Source of the DNA: the human T2T-CHM13v2.0 reference genome, Homo sapiens
Strand: one strand, 5' to 3'
NCBI RefSeq assembly: GCF_009914755.1
Contig: NC_060926.1
Length of the DNA stretch: 64,000 nucleotides
Shown: in pieces, positions 40,453 through 56,212 of the stretch
Layout: every line of letters starts with the position of its first letter
How positions within the stretch are numbered: the stretch's first letter is position 1
Notes under the pieces: generated by a model
The model's input: the letters and a program-made list of their open reading frames with translations, nothing else
What the model was told of the DNA's origin: nothing
Database searches by the model: none
Translations under genes and position numbers: made by a program

Positions 40453-42142
40453 TATGCACATCAGGTGCCATGAAAATATTTGAAGGAATGGATGTTTTCA
40501 CAGTAGCTGCAGTATAACTTAGTTTTCAACTCTTATTTTGAATGTCCTATGCTACTTCTCAGGATGGAACTATGATCTTCCTGTAGTCAGTACTTCCCAA
40601 AATATTTACATTAATTAACATGTATAAACATTTTAGTAATAGTATGATGGCGTGCTTATACTCTAAAATCAATTTATGACACATATGGATTATATTGAAT
40701 TATTACAAAAGAACACTCAAAGAGTTAAATGAAACTGCACTTTTAAAAATAGAAGTTGTTGCTAAACATTGAATAATACAGGAAAATAAAACTCGAAAGC
40801 TTGGTATGTGCAGACTTCTTGGTCAAAAGGTATAGTAACATTATAATATATTTAATTACCAAATATGTCATGCAGATAAAAAGACACAGTCAAGCAAATG
40901 CTCATATACTTGTATACATCATTTTCTTCAGGTTTATTTTTTAATAAATATTTCAGGTACAGATAAGTTCTTATATATATTTATATATAAATATTTATAA
41001 ATATTTTTAATAAATATTTCAGGTACAGATAAGGTCTTATATATTTTCATGCATGTTTTTTTATTTTTACTATACATATATATCCATTAACAATACATAA
41101 CATTATCTTCAAGTCTTAAAATTATATAAATGGTGTCATGCTTTATGTCTTTCCTTACAAATGTCTTAAATGTTATTCCCTTAAATTTATTCACATTGAC
41201 AAATATAGATCTAATTTATTTATTTTATCTGATGTATGGTCTAGGGTCTTTTGACCAATATTAATAATAGCTTACAATTATTATATGTTCACTATGTATC
41301 GGATTATAAACTGAATCCTATATTAACCTTTGAATCTTGACAACAAAAACATGAGGTCAGTACAATTTTATTCCCATTTTACAGATGAGGGAATAAAATC
41401 AGAGAGCTACACTGTGTTCAAAGTGACAGAGTCAACTTCAAACAAAGTCTGCCTCAAAAAAAAAAATCACTTTTAATTACTCTGCCAAAATTGGCTGCTT
41501 TAAGCACAATTTAATTAGTTCTGCTGTTGATGGGTATTTAGGTTATGATATTTGCCATTATAGACAATATTTTAATAAACATGTTTGAGCATGTCTTCTT
41601 TTGCCAATGTGAAATTTCCTTTAGTTTTACAGTAGTGAAATTGCTGAGTTGTAAGGTATGTGCATCTTCAACTTTATTAGGTATTGACACATGTGCTTTC
41701 TCAGGTAGTACACTTAAAATTACATCAATATATAAGCAAATGTAGTTGGTATTTGCAGATTTAAATTTTTTTTTCCTTCAGTATCATGAATTGAAAGTGA
41801 TAGCTCCTGGATTTTTAAGTTGTTATTTCTTTAATTAGCAGTGAGTTTGGGCAACTTTTCAGATGTTTATTCATCATTCAGTATTTCTACTTCTACATGT
41901 TGGTTGGTCTCTAAAAAACACATTATAAACACTATTTTTAACTTATTAGGTAATAAGTCCATTTCCTAATTCTGTACTTTGCTTTAGTTTGATCATGCAT
42001 TTAGTTCAAGAGAAATTTTGAATTTGAATATATTCTCATTTATCAATTTTTTTACTATGATTCCATGTCTTATTTTTTAAAAACGTTCCCCTTCCATAAA
42101 TTTTAATTATTTTCTTTTAAATGTTTGAAGTCATGTTTTTGA

Positions 42143-42462
42143 GGCTGGGCATGGTGGCTTATGCCTGTAATCTCAGCATTTTGGGAGGCTGAGTTGGCAG
42201 CATCACTTGTTGCCAGAAGTTCGAGACCAGCCTGGGCGACATAGTGAGATGCTGTGTCTAAAAAAAAAAAAAAATTAAAATTAAAATATGAAAAATAGCC
42301 AATTCTGGTGGCATGTACCTAAGTTCCAGATACTTGGGAGGCTGAGACAGGAAGCTCCCTTAAGCCCAAGAGGTCAAGGCTGCAGTGAGCCACAATCACA
42401 CCACTACATTTCAGCTTGGGTGACACAGCGAGACCTTGTCTCTTAAAATAATAATAATAATA
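42143..42462 (+). mobile_element. AluJ
   Basis: J-type gtcaaggctgcagtgagc and gagaccttgtctc; degenerate TSD aagtcatgtttttga/aagttatatttttca. Confidence 0.92.
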
Positions 42463-42562
42463 AAGTTATATTTTTCACATTTAAATTTTCATCCACCTGT
42501 ATTTGATTTTTTACTATGTCATGAAGTATAGCTCTAATTCCTTATTTTAAAATGTTGGATGA

Positions 42563-42872
<310 letters not shown>

Positions 42873-42950
42873 TTGTGGGATGAGATCACTTCTTCAGTAT
42901 AATTACTTGATAAAGACATCCTTTGAATACTATTTTATATTCTCATTCAT

Positions 42951-43282
42951 TGTGAATTAAAATATATGCTATGTCCTCTCAAAAACTCAGGTGTTGCCAA
43001 TGTAATAGTATTAAAGGGTGGTCCTTTAAGAGGTGATTAGGCCATGAGGGCTCCTCCCTCATGAGTGGAATTAGGTGCCCTTACAAAATAACTTGGCAGA
43101 GGGAGCTTGTTTCCTTTTTTGTCCATGTGCTGTCTTACATGTGAGGACACAGCATCAAGGGCCGTCTTGGAAGCACAGTCTGGACATTTGCCAGACAAAA
43201 AACTTGCTAGCACCTTTATCTTGGATTTTGCAGCCTCTAGAAGTGTGAGAAATAAATGGCTTTCTTCTAATAAATTGCCCAT
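42951..43282 (+). mobile_element. MaLR LTR (MSTC/D- or MLT1A-like)
   Basis: cctttaagaggtgattaggccatgagggctcctccctcatgagtgg; cttggattttgcagcctctagaagtgtgagaaataaat. Confidence 0.8.
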
Positions 43283-43671
43283 ATTTACTCTACCTTTATA
43301 ATTAGCCTTCATGTATGATAAGACAAACCTCCCCACTTTGTTACTCTTCCTCATAAACGTCTTGGATATTCTTAAGCTTTGATATTTTATAAACATTTTT
43401 TTAAATCTTGCTAGGATATTAACTGGAGTCTCACTGAATTTGTAGAGTAATCATTGATATAGACCCTTCTCTTCCATGGTTATTGTATAACTATAAATTA
43501 TTTAGTTATTCTATTATGATTTCCATGAATTTTTCTTTTTTTCCTAAAGATCTTACAGGGTTTCCTTGTTATTACATTTATATCTAGCATAATATAATTT
43601 TTTTTATTTTTTGTTATAAATGATATATTTAAGATGTGTTTAGAAAATCTGATGTTTACTAATGTGGAGGC

Positions 43672-43960
43672 TATTGAGGTACACCACTCAAATATCCCTT
43701 CAGGAATGAACCTATTGCATATGGTTAAGTCATTTAACTGTCTTAAGCTGCTAAACTTTGGGGATCCATTATGGTGTTTGAGGCATATATACATTTTCTC
43801 TGGCCAGCTCTCAGTTGCTCACTGAACATGATAGGGACTTAGGGCCTGGTGACTACCCTATGCAATACTCTTCTTTGAATTATTTACCCAGAAACATCCT
43901 ATTGGGCCACCTAAGGCTTTTATTCATTGCTGTACCACAGTTTAATGCTCTTCCCTCCTG
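43672..43960 (+). mobile_element. Possible old ERVL LTR fragment (LTR33-like)
   Basis: gtacaccactcaaatatcccttcaggaatga resembles the LTR33 start; GC richer than its flanks. Confidence 0.4.
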
Positions 43961-46923
43961 TTTTTCCAATTGAAATTTTTTTTCATAAAGAGATTGTTTA
44001 ACTTAAAATATTAACAAATGTATAATATAAAAGCTTCTATTCTACTTCTTAAATAATCTGCTACCTTTCCTAATCACCACTTCTATTATCAAAATGCATG
44101 ATATAATGTGCTTTTTTTATATCCTAGGATTCAATTTGTCATGCTAGCTTTCACCAGAGGGAATGTAAGCTTCCATGAACCATTGTCAAAAAGCGTCTGA
44201 CTACATCACTGTCTCAGGTGCAACTTGCTTTCTCCAACCCAGAATACATTTTTATATTCAGTTGGAACAAATATAATCTGCCAAAGAACTTGATTTTATG
44301 TTGTTACTGAAACATAGGGAACTTAAAGGAAAATACATGGACAGATCATTAAAATGCACACATAAATTTTCATATTGTCAAATAGAAAAATAATACAGGT
44401 TAATTAATCCAGGTGATAAAAATCTTGCAGCAAAAATTCAGTTTGCATCCAATTTACTGATTCAAACATTTGTTACTACATATGGTTTTAGATATTTCAA
44501 GATATTTGATTTGATATTTACACCTGACAGTGTGTGACTCTTCCATACGGCTGTTTTTTTTTTTTTATTATACATAGTATTTAAGTTATATAGTACCAGT
44601 GGTAGAAGTTTTCATTTCAAGTGCTAAGAATACATTCTTTTACGTATACATACATATATACACACATGCATACACACACACACACTCACAAGAAACACAA
44701 ACTCACACAAGCTTTAAAGGTTAGAATAAGCCTTCAAGACCAAAAAATAATAGCCCTATCAGCCTAAATACATATTGAGGAGATATGGTAGCAAAATACA
44801 GAATTTCTTATGTAGGCTATTCTATGTAAAGGACATAATTTTTAACTCTATTCCTCATATTTTTGACAGAGATGACAAAAACTAATTCAGATTTGTTCCG
44901 ATTCCTACAAATCAGCTACTAATACCTAACTATCACCCTCTTCTTGCTTTCTATCTCTTGGAGAAGCAAATATGATTAATATGACTCTTGTTTAGATTAT
45001 ACAAAGAGTAAGAGGCTCAAGTTTGTGTGAAAAGTCTATAGAAATGGTAAAATAAACAGAGAAGCTGAGATTGTCTGGTTAAGGCCTAGAGATAAATGCA
45101 GCACCTTCCCAACAGAATAATATTTTCTGTTTTTTTGTTTGTCTTCTTGGTTCCATGCCCAGAGACAAAAAGACTGACAGTCTTTGACTATGCAGCAATG
45201 GCAAGAAAAGTGTTTGAAAAGAGCCATACAGTTAGCAGAAACATGACCAAAGAACTAAAAAAAAAAAAAAAAAAAGGAAAAAGTAATGTCTTTAAGGTCT
45301 CAATGAAATAGCCCATCCAAACTGGCAGATAGGTTTGGATTACTTATGACACAAATGTTGAAGAATGAATTTCTTTTGGAAAAATGCCTATGCAGAATTC
45401 AACCCCCATGTGCTTAGTAATTGGGACCTTCATAACAAGGAAATTAGCCTCCCAATTCTTAAATGTAAGACATCAGGGGAAGTGCCTCAGCAGGAGATGA
45501 TATGTATCATATATATCAAAAGGGATAGATAGATAGGTAGATGGCTCAATGATAGCTAGCTACAGGTCTCTGTTTCTTTACTGAAAAATGTAATTCCAAC
45601 TCAACATATTTCTTGGAAAAACAAAAATTCTCAAACTTCAGACATCTCAAGTTATATAATGTGAAACACTCTTCTTTGCTTGATGGCTATTGAAGAAATA
45701 TTTGTACCAGATATTTCACGATGAGTAAATGACAAAATGGCAGTTTAAGGGCTAGCCACTCTTTATACAGAAATTTACACAAACAAATGAATCCAAGTTG
45801 ATTTACATTAAAAAATGGATTGGTATTGCAAGGGTCAAGACCAACTTCAAATTTAACCAGGCAAAGCATTAGTTTCTGATTTCTTTTGTAGAGCCTTGAC
45901 TTTTCTATGGTGACAGAAGATGTAGATCTTGGGAGAAGCAGATTGCATTGCTTCACAAATGAGTCACTCATACTGCAACAAGCATCTCTTCGCTTAATGG
46001 CAATATTTCATCTCTGCTTTAAATGACAATAGTTGAGATTATTATGTTTGTTTTTAGCAAACCCATAAAGAAGAAAAATTAAACCCAAAGAGTAAATGGA
46101 GCAAAGATCATAACTGAAATGAAATTTTAAAGAGGTGGGCAGGAGTTAGAAGGACAGTGTTTTTGCATATAGTCCCTTCCAATATGACCCTGAATAAATA
46201 CAAACAATAGCTGAAATTGAGTTTGAACCTATGCGGATAATAACCATGGAAAAGGGGATTTTCTCAAAGGTTGTCTCCAGATGCTCTTATTTGCAAGTGG
46301 TATGGCCCAATGCTACAGAATTTGCTATTGGAATCTGACGTATGTACAAATGTCTTACATAAAATTGATTAGTTAAATCAGGATATATGGAAGATGCTAA
46401 CTACTTTCCTGGCTCTGTTTTGATACATTCTTGGTAATACGTTGCCTAACAAATGCTTCAGAGTAATGTTAACAGTCATGTAACTCATTTTGTGTGATAT
46501 ATAATAAAGTTCTAACTTTAAGCAATACATTTTATAGTTATATTTTTGATGATTAATTAAATAGAATCTTTAATAACATCCATTTTTCCTAGGCACATTT
46601 TTGCCTTTTTCTTCATTAGCATGTGATGTATAGTATTTACCCTAAATTAATATGTAGCAAAAAGGATGTATTTATTCATAAACACATTTTTAATAACACA
46701 TATAATGTTTGGCTTTGGATCTATTGCATATTAAGAAGATAGGCTATTATTTAATTATGCTAAAATTATACATAGCCAAAAAAGTTTCCAATATCCAATC
46801 TTTAAATGTATTTCACTTTATATTTTAAAGTAATCAACTGACTAATCTGATTATATTGTACCCTTTTCTAGATAAAATTATGGAAGAAACTTCAACATAT
46901 TAATTGCAAGTACTGTTCCATAA

Positions 46924-47287
<364 letters not shown>

Positions 47288-47407
47288 ATAGCATTCTCTT
47301 TACTTGCGCAGTGTAGCCTATCTACTCTTGTTTAACCCATGTTCATTTCACCAGAAATTTCTCCTTTTATCATCAATATTTTACCATCCATTTGATCATT
47401 CCTATTA

Positions 47408-47607
<200 letters not shown>

Positions 47608-47609
47608 CA

Positions 47610-48800
<1,191 letters not shown>

Positions 48801-48948
48801 CTCAGAATCCATACCTATGGTGGCTGGGAGGAGGGAAGGAAGCATTTTTGGGGAAAAGGTGAAGCTGGGCTGTAATTGAGTTTCAGAAAAGGTCAATGAA
48901 CCCTGAAGGAATCTTTGAAGTTATAATGGCTCTTTTAAATTGTTCCAT

Positions 48949-49200
<252 letters not shown>

Positions 49201-49254
49201 TTGTCCCAAGGTTGTAAGGAGTGGCAAGGCTTTTATGGCTTTTATTTCCCTATC

Positions 49255-49506
49255 AACCATTTAACGCATATAGTCTGCCCCCAGAGACAGAGAGTTTGGG
49301 TGAATAGACTCTCTTTAGCTGACAGCAAATAATAGGAATGCTTGATAGCTGAAAGCTACCAGGTAGCAGCACTGCCAGAACCATTTAATGCATATAGTCC
49401 GCCCCCAGAGACAGAGTAAGAGTTTGGGTGAATAGACTCTCTTCAGCTGAAAGCAAACAACCAGAATGCTTGATAGCTAAAAGCTACCAGGTAGCAGCAC
49501 TGCCAG
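49255..49506. repeat. Tandem duplication (124 + 128 bp)
   Basis: aaccattta...gcagcactgccag occurs at 49255-49378 and 49379-49506. Confidence 0.95.
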
Positions 49507-49729
49507 AAGCTGTAGAATAAGTCCTTTAATTCTGATAGACAGTGTAGTTGGAACATCACAGTATCCACTACACAACCAGTTGAAAATCACTGGTCCTTAA
49601 AGAAATCATTAGGGGGTTAATTAGGTGGCATTTTTGTCTTAGTTCTTTTAAATTGAGAGTAGAATATTACTAGGGTAGTTGTCTCTCTGACAAAATATAA
49701 ATTCCATCTCTTCCAGTGAGCTTTATACA

Positions 49730-51573
49730 AAACCAGAGAGACAAATATAACGAAGGTACAAGCATTAGGTAATATGCTCATTCCAAAGAGGAGAAATTGG
49801 CCAAAATGAAAGGTTCTATGGGCCCCAGGCTGTATAGTCATTAAATCTTAAAGCTTCACAGTAATCACCTTTGAATCCATGTCCCACATCTGGGTCAAAC
49901 TGGTATGAGAATTGGCTCCTAAAGCCTTGGGAAGCTCTGCCTCTCTGGTTTTGCAAGGTTCAGCTTCTGCAGCTGCTCCCACTGGCTGCTGTTGGGTTCC
50001 TAAGGCTTTTCCAAGTGTAGGGTAGAAGATGTTGGTAGATCTACAGTTCTGGGATCTGGAGTACTGTTGCCCTCTTCTCATAACTCCACTATGCAATGCT
50101 CCAGTGGGGGCTCTGTGTAGGGTCTGCTCCCCCACATTTCCCCTGCACACTGCCCTAGTAGAGGTTTTCAATGAGGACTTTGCCCCTGCAGCAGGCCTCT
50201 GCCTGGAAACCCAGGCTTTTCTATATATCCTCTGAAATCTAGGCAGAAGCTACCAAGCCTTAACTCTTATACTCTGTGCACCCACAGTCTTAACACTACA
50301 TAGAAGCTCCCAAGGCTTATGGCTTGCATTCTCTGCAGAAGCAGCTTGAGTTGTATCTGGTGCCCTTTGGGCTCATGCTAAAGCCAGAGCAGCTGGGATG
50401 TGGGGAGCAGTGTCTTGAGGCTGCACAGGCTAATGGGGCCCTGGTCTGGCCAACACAACTATTCTATTCTCCTAGACCTCCAGATCTATGATGGGAGGGG
50501 CTGCTGCAAATGTCTCCAAAATGCCTTCAAGGCCTTTTCTCCACTGTCTTGGCTATTAACACTTGGCTCCTTTTCATTTATGCAAATTTCTGCAGCCTGC
50601 TTAAATTCCCCCCTGGAAAATGGTGGGGTTTTTTTTCTACCACATGGCCAAGCTACAAATTTTCCAAACTTACACATTCTACTTCCCTTTTAAATATAAG
50701 TTTCAGTTTTAAGTCATTTATTTGCTCACACATATGAGCATAAGCTGTTGGAGCAGGCAGGCTACATCTTGAAAGCTTTGCTGCTTAGAAATCTCTTCTA
50801 CCAGATACCCTAAATCATAATTCTCAAGTTCAAAGTTCCACAGATCCCTAAGGCAAGGGAACAATGAACCCAAACCCTTTGCTAAGGCATAACAAAAGTG
50901 ACCTTTGCTCCAGTTACCAATAAATTCCTCATTTGCATCTGAGACCTTCTCAGCTTTGCCTTAACCATCCATGTCACTATCAACATTTTGGTCACAGCCA
51001 TACTACCAGTCTCAAGGAAGTTCTAAAATTTCCCTCCTCTTCCTGTCTTCTTCTGAGCCCTCGAAACCCTTACAACCTTTTCTTGTTACCCAATTCCAAA
51101 GTTGCTTCCACATTTTCAGGCATCTTTATACCAATGCCCTACTCCTTGACACCAATTTCCTGAATTTGTCTGGCCTCACATTGCTATAAAGTAAGGCCTG
51201 AGACTGGATACTGTATAAGAAAAGAACTTTATTCAGCTCACAGTTCTGCAGGATGTACAGGAAACATGGTGGCGTATGCTTGTGAGGAGGCCTCAAGGAA
51301 CTTTTACTCATGGTTGAAGGCAAAACGGGAGCAGGCAGTTTACATGGTTGAAGAAGGAGCAATAGAGAGTGAGGGGGAAGGTACCATTCACTCTTAGACA
51401 GACAAATCTCATGAGAATTCACTATCACAAGAACGGCACCAGGGGGTTTGTGCTAAACCATTGCTGAGAAACCACCCCCATAATTTAATCACTTCCCACC
51501 TGTCCCCACCTCCAGCATTGGGGATGGCAATTTGACATGAGATTTGGTAGGGAAACAGATCCAAACCATACCA
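49730..51573 (-). mobile_element. MST MaLR: internal sequence (49730-51160) and one LTR (51161-51573)
   Basis: Internal sequence resembles the 5360-6060 element; LTR ends gacatgagatttggtagggaaacagatccaaaccatacca. Confidence 0.9.
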
Positions 51574-51899
51574 GCTATCTTGGACCTAACCAGTCTCAGC
51601 TAGTCTGAATACAGAGAAAACTTCTTACAGCAAATATCCAGTTTTTTAAAGATAAGCAGAGTTAGTGTTGAGTAGAAATTCAGGTATGTCATGTAGTCAT
51701 TACACTGGGTAACAAATACCCCCTTTTCTTATATTCACTCGTTTAGAGGTTCAAACGAGCCAAGGTTCATCTTCTATAACTTCTTCAAGCTGAATTTAGA
51801 TGTTGATATGTCCCCTGAGAAGTGAAATTCTTCTGTAGCTAGTCTTAGGTAGGTCTGGTTATCTTCTGGGTGTGAGCCTAGCTGTTTATATCACTGAGT

Positions 51900-52330
51900 A
51901 ACTGTTTTCTGTAGTTTTATGGCCTCTATTTGTTTAGACACAAATAAGAGCGACAGTTTAGGAGACAGGGCCCCAAAATCAAGAGAAGTATAATAGCAGC
52001 TAAAGGGCCCAGGAAGAATAAGAACTAAGTGAGATTAGGGATGGCTTATTTTATGTTTTTATATTCCTTGAGGGTCTGTGTCCTTTTGGTTAATTGGTGG
52101 AACCACTTGGCCTGGTTGTAGATTATTTTAACGTCTTTTTGAATTAATCCTGAATTATTTACCCAAGTACAAGAGGAAGACTTGGTGACTATACACACCT
52201 CACCTTGTTTTGACAAGTAATCAAGAGCCAGACAGTTACCAAGCACAATATTGGCTAATTAGACTAGGGAGAATTCAGGTAAGGGGATCATCGTTCGCAT
52301 CAGCTCGCATTTCCGTAACGTTGTGAGGTT
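51900..52330 (-). pseudogene. env: ERV env transmembrane subunit remnant
   Basis: ORF 52046-52246(-) LGNCLALDYLSKQGEVCIVTKSSSCTWVNNSG matches a degenerate immunosuppressive domain plus CX6CC region. Confidence 0.88.
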
Positions 52331-52779
52331 GCAGAGGGTAACCTCATGGTAGGCAAACCTTCCCCAGGGGTTTAGGAGACTGCGTATTATCCTGGTGGAA
52401 GCTAGAATAAGCCTAATCACCCTTTTATTCCTTGGGCAAAAGGAGGACAGGAAACAAAGATTTTGACTTCTCTGGGGATTAGGTGCCATAGGGTGCAATC
52501 TCTTTGAGGTCATGTGTTTTCCAAACAGGGGTAGGCTCTGGATGCAACAAGGTTACTCCCAAAGCAAAAATGAGAATACATATAAGAGGGCAAGTAAACT
52601 AAGTCCTGACAGAAAGTATATGCAGGCCCAGGGTTGAGGGTTTTAGTCCTCAAACACATCAATAATTTTAGATCTGAGAGTGGTTCAACTCAGTAGAAGG
52701 GATTTTCTTCCTTAGGTTCAAGCAGCTGCCATTAGCTGGGTATGTCCTATAAATGAAGACTGCAGTCTCCAGGTGGCAT

Positions 52780-54560
52780 GTAGATGCCATTTTATTCCTA
52801 GACCCTCAGAAGTAGCCTTGGTAATGGAACATGTGAATGCTATTCCAATATTTCTTTGAATTGACTCAGGCAGCCTGAATCTGAGGACAATTTTTCTTCA
52901 GTAGCAACTTTACCATCTCATGTGCAATCTCAGTGTGGGTGGCAAAGTCTTTTACCCATCCTGAAAAAAGTGTCAGTGAGAACCAGGAGGTATTTAAAGG
53001 TTTTTAAGGCTCTGGGTGTATCTGTGAAATAAATTTACCAATCTTCCCCTAGGCGTTTATGTTGGTACTTCACCAGCTGAGAGCTCCCTTTTGCCTCCCC
53101 CACCCAACTCTGCTGGGTGCTTATTAGAATTTTTAACATAGCATGTGGGGAAAATCTCAACTAGCTCCTTGTCTAGCTTCCTGAACTTTGGGGCCATCAT
53201 GCTCTTGAAAAGCCAGTTATGAAGGGCCTCATGACCAAAGTGAGTGCTAGAATGAGCTTCTCTAATGGCCTGTAATGTAACTTCTTTTGGGAAAATAAGT
53301 TGTTCATGAGGACTTATTAGCTCTCCTGGATGATTCAGAATGTCAGGTATATTCCAATTTGGAGGACTTTTTCCATTTTTTTAAAGAGTAAACCAGGGTT
53401 TTTTGTTTTGTTTTGCTTTAAAACAAGGAGGAGGATTCAAGAGGGAAAGCAAAAAGTGGCATTTGAAGGGTAACTTTCTTAAAGCTGCTTGTTTTGGCAT
53501 TAGATTGGCTTTATTATTTTCTTTAATTACCTTAGTTTCCCCCTTCTGGTGGCCATGGCCATGAACTGTTGCCAGCTGGGCTAAATTTCTTACAGTTTGC
53601 AATAACTTTGTAACTGGAGAGCCTTGCCTGGAGATAGTCATTCTACTCCTGTTTCTCTTATGAGGGTCTGGGTATGGTGGAGAGTTCAGATGGTTGGGGG
53701 TTGTCCAAAGGTTAACTTCTCTCTTTTCAAAGGAGGGCCATGGCTGCCCTCAACCAAAGGCAGGGTGGCCAGCATTTAGCAACTGGGTCCAACTGCATGA
53801 AAAAGTAGGATACTACGTGGGTCAGTGGGCCCAACCTTTAAGTTAGTACTCCTAAGGCTTTTCCCTTTTCATGAACATAAAGATAGAAAGATTTATTTAA
53901 GTTGGGTAGGCTTAAAGCTGAGGCCCTTGTGAGCTAGGTTTTAAGTTTGGGCAATGCTTGGTTACATTTTTTCATTCATTTAAAAGGGTCTGTGCTCTTT
54001 TAATTGTTTTTATAGAGGATGGGCAATGAGGCCAAAGCTAGCAATTCAGAGGATGCCAAATCCTGCCATGCCCAGAAACCCTTGTAGTTGTTTCCAGGTC
54101 TTTGGTTGCTGTAGTTAGCATGTTACTTCCCATCTCCCTTGGAACTAACTTTGTTATTCTTCTTCTAGGAGTAACTACAGATAGGTTACTTGTTGCTGAG
54201 ATATTTGTGCTTTTGGCGGGAAATCTTAGAACTCCTTTCTCTCAGGAAGTTAAAGGCTAATGGGTATTTTGATCTTAAATTTTTTAGAAGGGCTGGCAAC
54301 AAGGATGTTATCCACATACTGGAAGAGGGTTCCTTGTTCAAGAGTCAGTTCCTCTAGGCCTCTCCAAATATTGTGGGGGCTGGGTATAGGGTTTGAACTC
54401 TTGAGATGACATAGTCCACGTTAGCTGCTGGGTTTTTCACCTGTCTGGGGAATCCTGCCATTTTGTTGAGTAAGTATACCCCTGGGTGTGTTCAAAACAG
54501 AGTAGGTGGTCCCTGTCCCAACCAAGGAGCCAACAGGCTTGTCCCCTATGTCCAGTGTCA
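52780..54560 (-). pseudogene. pol: ERV pro-pol remnant (protease stub, RT, RNase H, integrase) with deletions
   Basis: Minus-strand translation gives TLFQYVDNILVAS at about 54290-54330 (YVDD motif), QQLTWT at about 54420, LVGTGTTYSVL at about 54510 and FKYLLVLTDTF at about 52980. Confidence 0.85.
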
Positions 54561-54649
54561 GTCAGGACACCTTGAAGGATACCTAGAGTGCCGATTGAGG
54601 AGCCCCTAGGACCTGTAGACTTTTTTTTTCTACTTAAACCATCTGCTAC

Positions 54650-55720
54650 TGTGAAACACCTGGGTGGGACATTCACCCTTCCCCCTCCTTTCAGATGGGT
54701 CCCTTTTCCAGTGACCCTCTTCCTTACAGAAGGCACATTGGTTTGGTCCTAGTCTCTTCGGTCTTTGGAATCTTTTCTACTGGTTAGAGGACCAGCAGTA
54801 ACTCACTGGAGCTGTGATTTTCCATGGATAGGTAACAGCCAGTAGTTGGGATTGCTTTTTGGCCTCTCTTTCTTCTTTATGCTCCTCCTCCCCTTCTTTC
54901 TTGGTTGTTGAACGCCTTATTGCCTAGGTATATTAGTCTTAAGATGGGAGCATTGAGCTCTAATTTTACCTTTTAGAGTTTATAGCTAATGTCTGATGTC
55001 CTCTGGGAGACAAATAGATTTCAGAACTGCCTCTCTCCCTCTGCTGAATCAGGAGTAAGAGCAGTATACAACTTCATATTTTCCCCTCAACCTCTCTGGG
55101 AAGATATATAGAGTTTTCTGGGGTTGTTGATTAATTTTTCTTAGGTTACTCCAATTAGTGGGTCTTTCTTCTGTGGCCTTATTCCCTTTAACATTAATGT
55201 TTCATCATGCCTGAATCTTGCCTTTTTCATTCCTGTCTCAGGATCCTAAAGGGGTCAAGGTCTGTCACAACCTCATTCTCTGGTCTCTTAACAGGATTTT
55301 TTATCTTGTCTCTGTGGGCTCTGTCCATTTCCTCCCTAGCACTTCTGATAACCGAGGATTTTATTTTTTAATTTTTCATCCAGTGAGGAGAATGTTCAAA
55401 AGGGACTGGACATCTGCTCAATTAGGGTTATAGGTCTGAAAAATACTCTGAATGAGGTTTTGAATCCCCAGGATTTTTTCCTAATCATCTAGAATGTGAC
55501 TTCTAGTTGTAAATATCTGAAGTTGTGAAGAGAACATGTACAATAACCATCCCTCTTCCCATTGGTGACCTGCCAGAGGTCATCATAGAGGAAGGCTGCT
55601 AAGATGCCTTGCACTGGGTACTGTCCGGGTTGACTATCTGAAAGGAATCAATGGGTGATTGGTGGCAATGAGGTGGGTTGCCTGCAGAAGCCACTGGGGA
55701 TAAGGGAGCTGTAGGTCTAA
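54650..55720 (-). pseudogene. gag: ERV gag remnant
   Basis: Lies between leader and protease; Pro-rich 5' part and capsid-like phrases (YTALTPDSAEG, FQTYNPN) on the minus strand. Confidence 0.65.
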
Positions 55721-56212
55721 GATTATAGAATTAAAAAACAAACCTCTTATAATTTTATTAAGAGTAAATTAATACCTTAGAAAAATCTTATTTTAACATA
55801 GATGACCAATCTTAGAAAGACTGTTATAGGTAATTTCTTTTTAATTGTAGGCAATTAAATCACATACAAAATTTCTTTTATAAATTTGTTTTCCCACAAT
55901 CTTTATTGGGACTTAGACCATGAACAACATATTGATTTGTTTGTACTACTTCTTTTAAAATAATAAGTCATTTTACTTTAGGACAAAAATTTACCGTGTA
56001 AGATCTTCTCTCATACAAAATTATTTTCTTCTTTTTATAACCTTCCTTATCAAAAATATCTCTCTATATATATAATCCTTTTACTTCTCTGTCTCTCTCT
56101 CTCTGACTTACTGTTTTTAATCTTGTGTTATAAATAACTTCTAAATAATCTCCAAATTACAAAATAATATATATATATATATTTTTTTTTTCTCAATAAG
56201 AACACAACTTAC

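Noticed and set aside
51900-52520. Domesticated syncytin-like env gene
   Set aside because: Only a 66-codon fragment with a degenerate CX6CC motif; no long SU-TM ORF.
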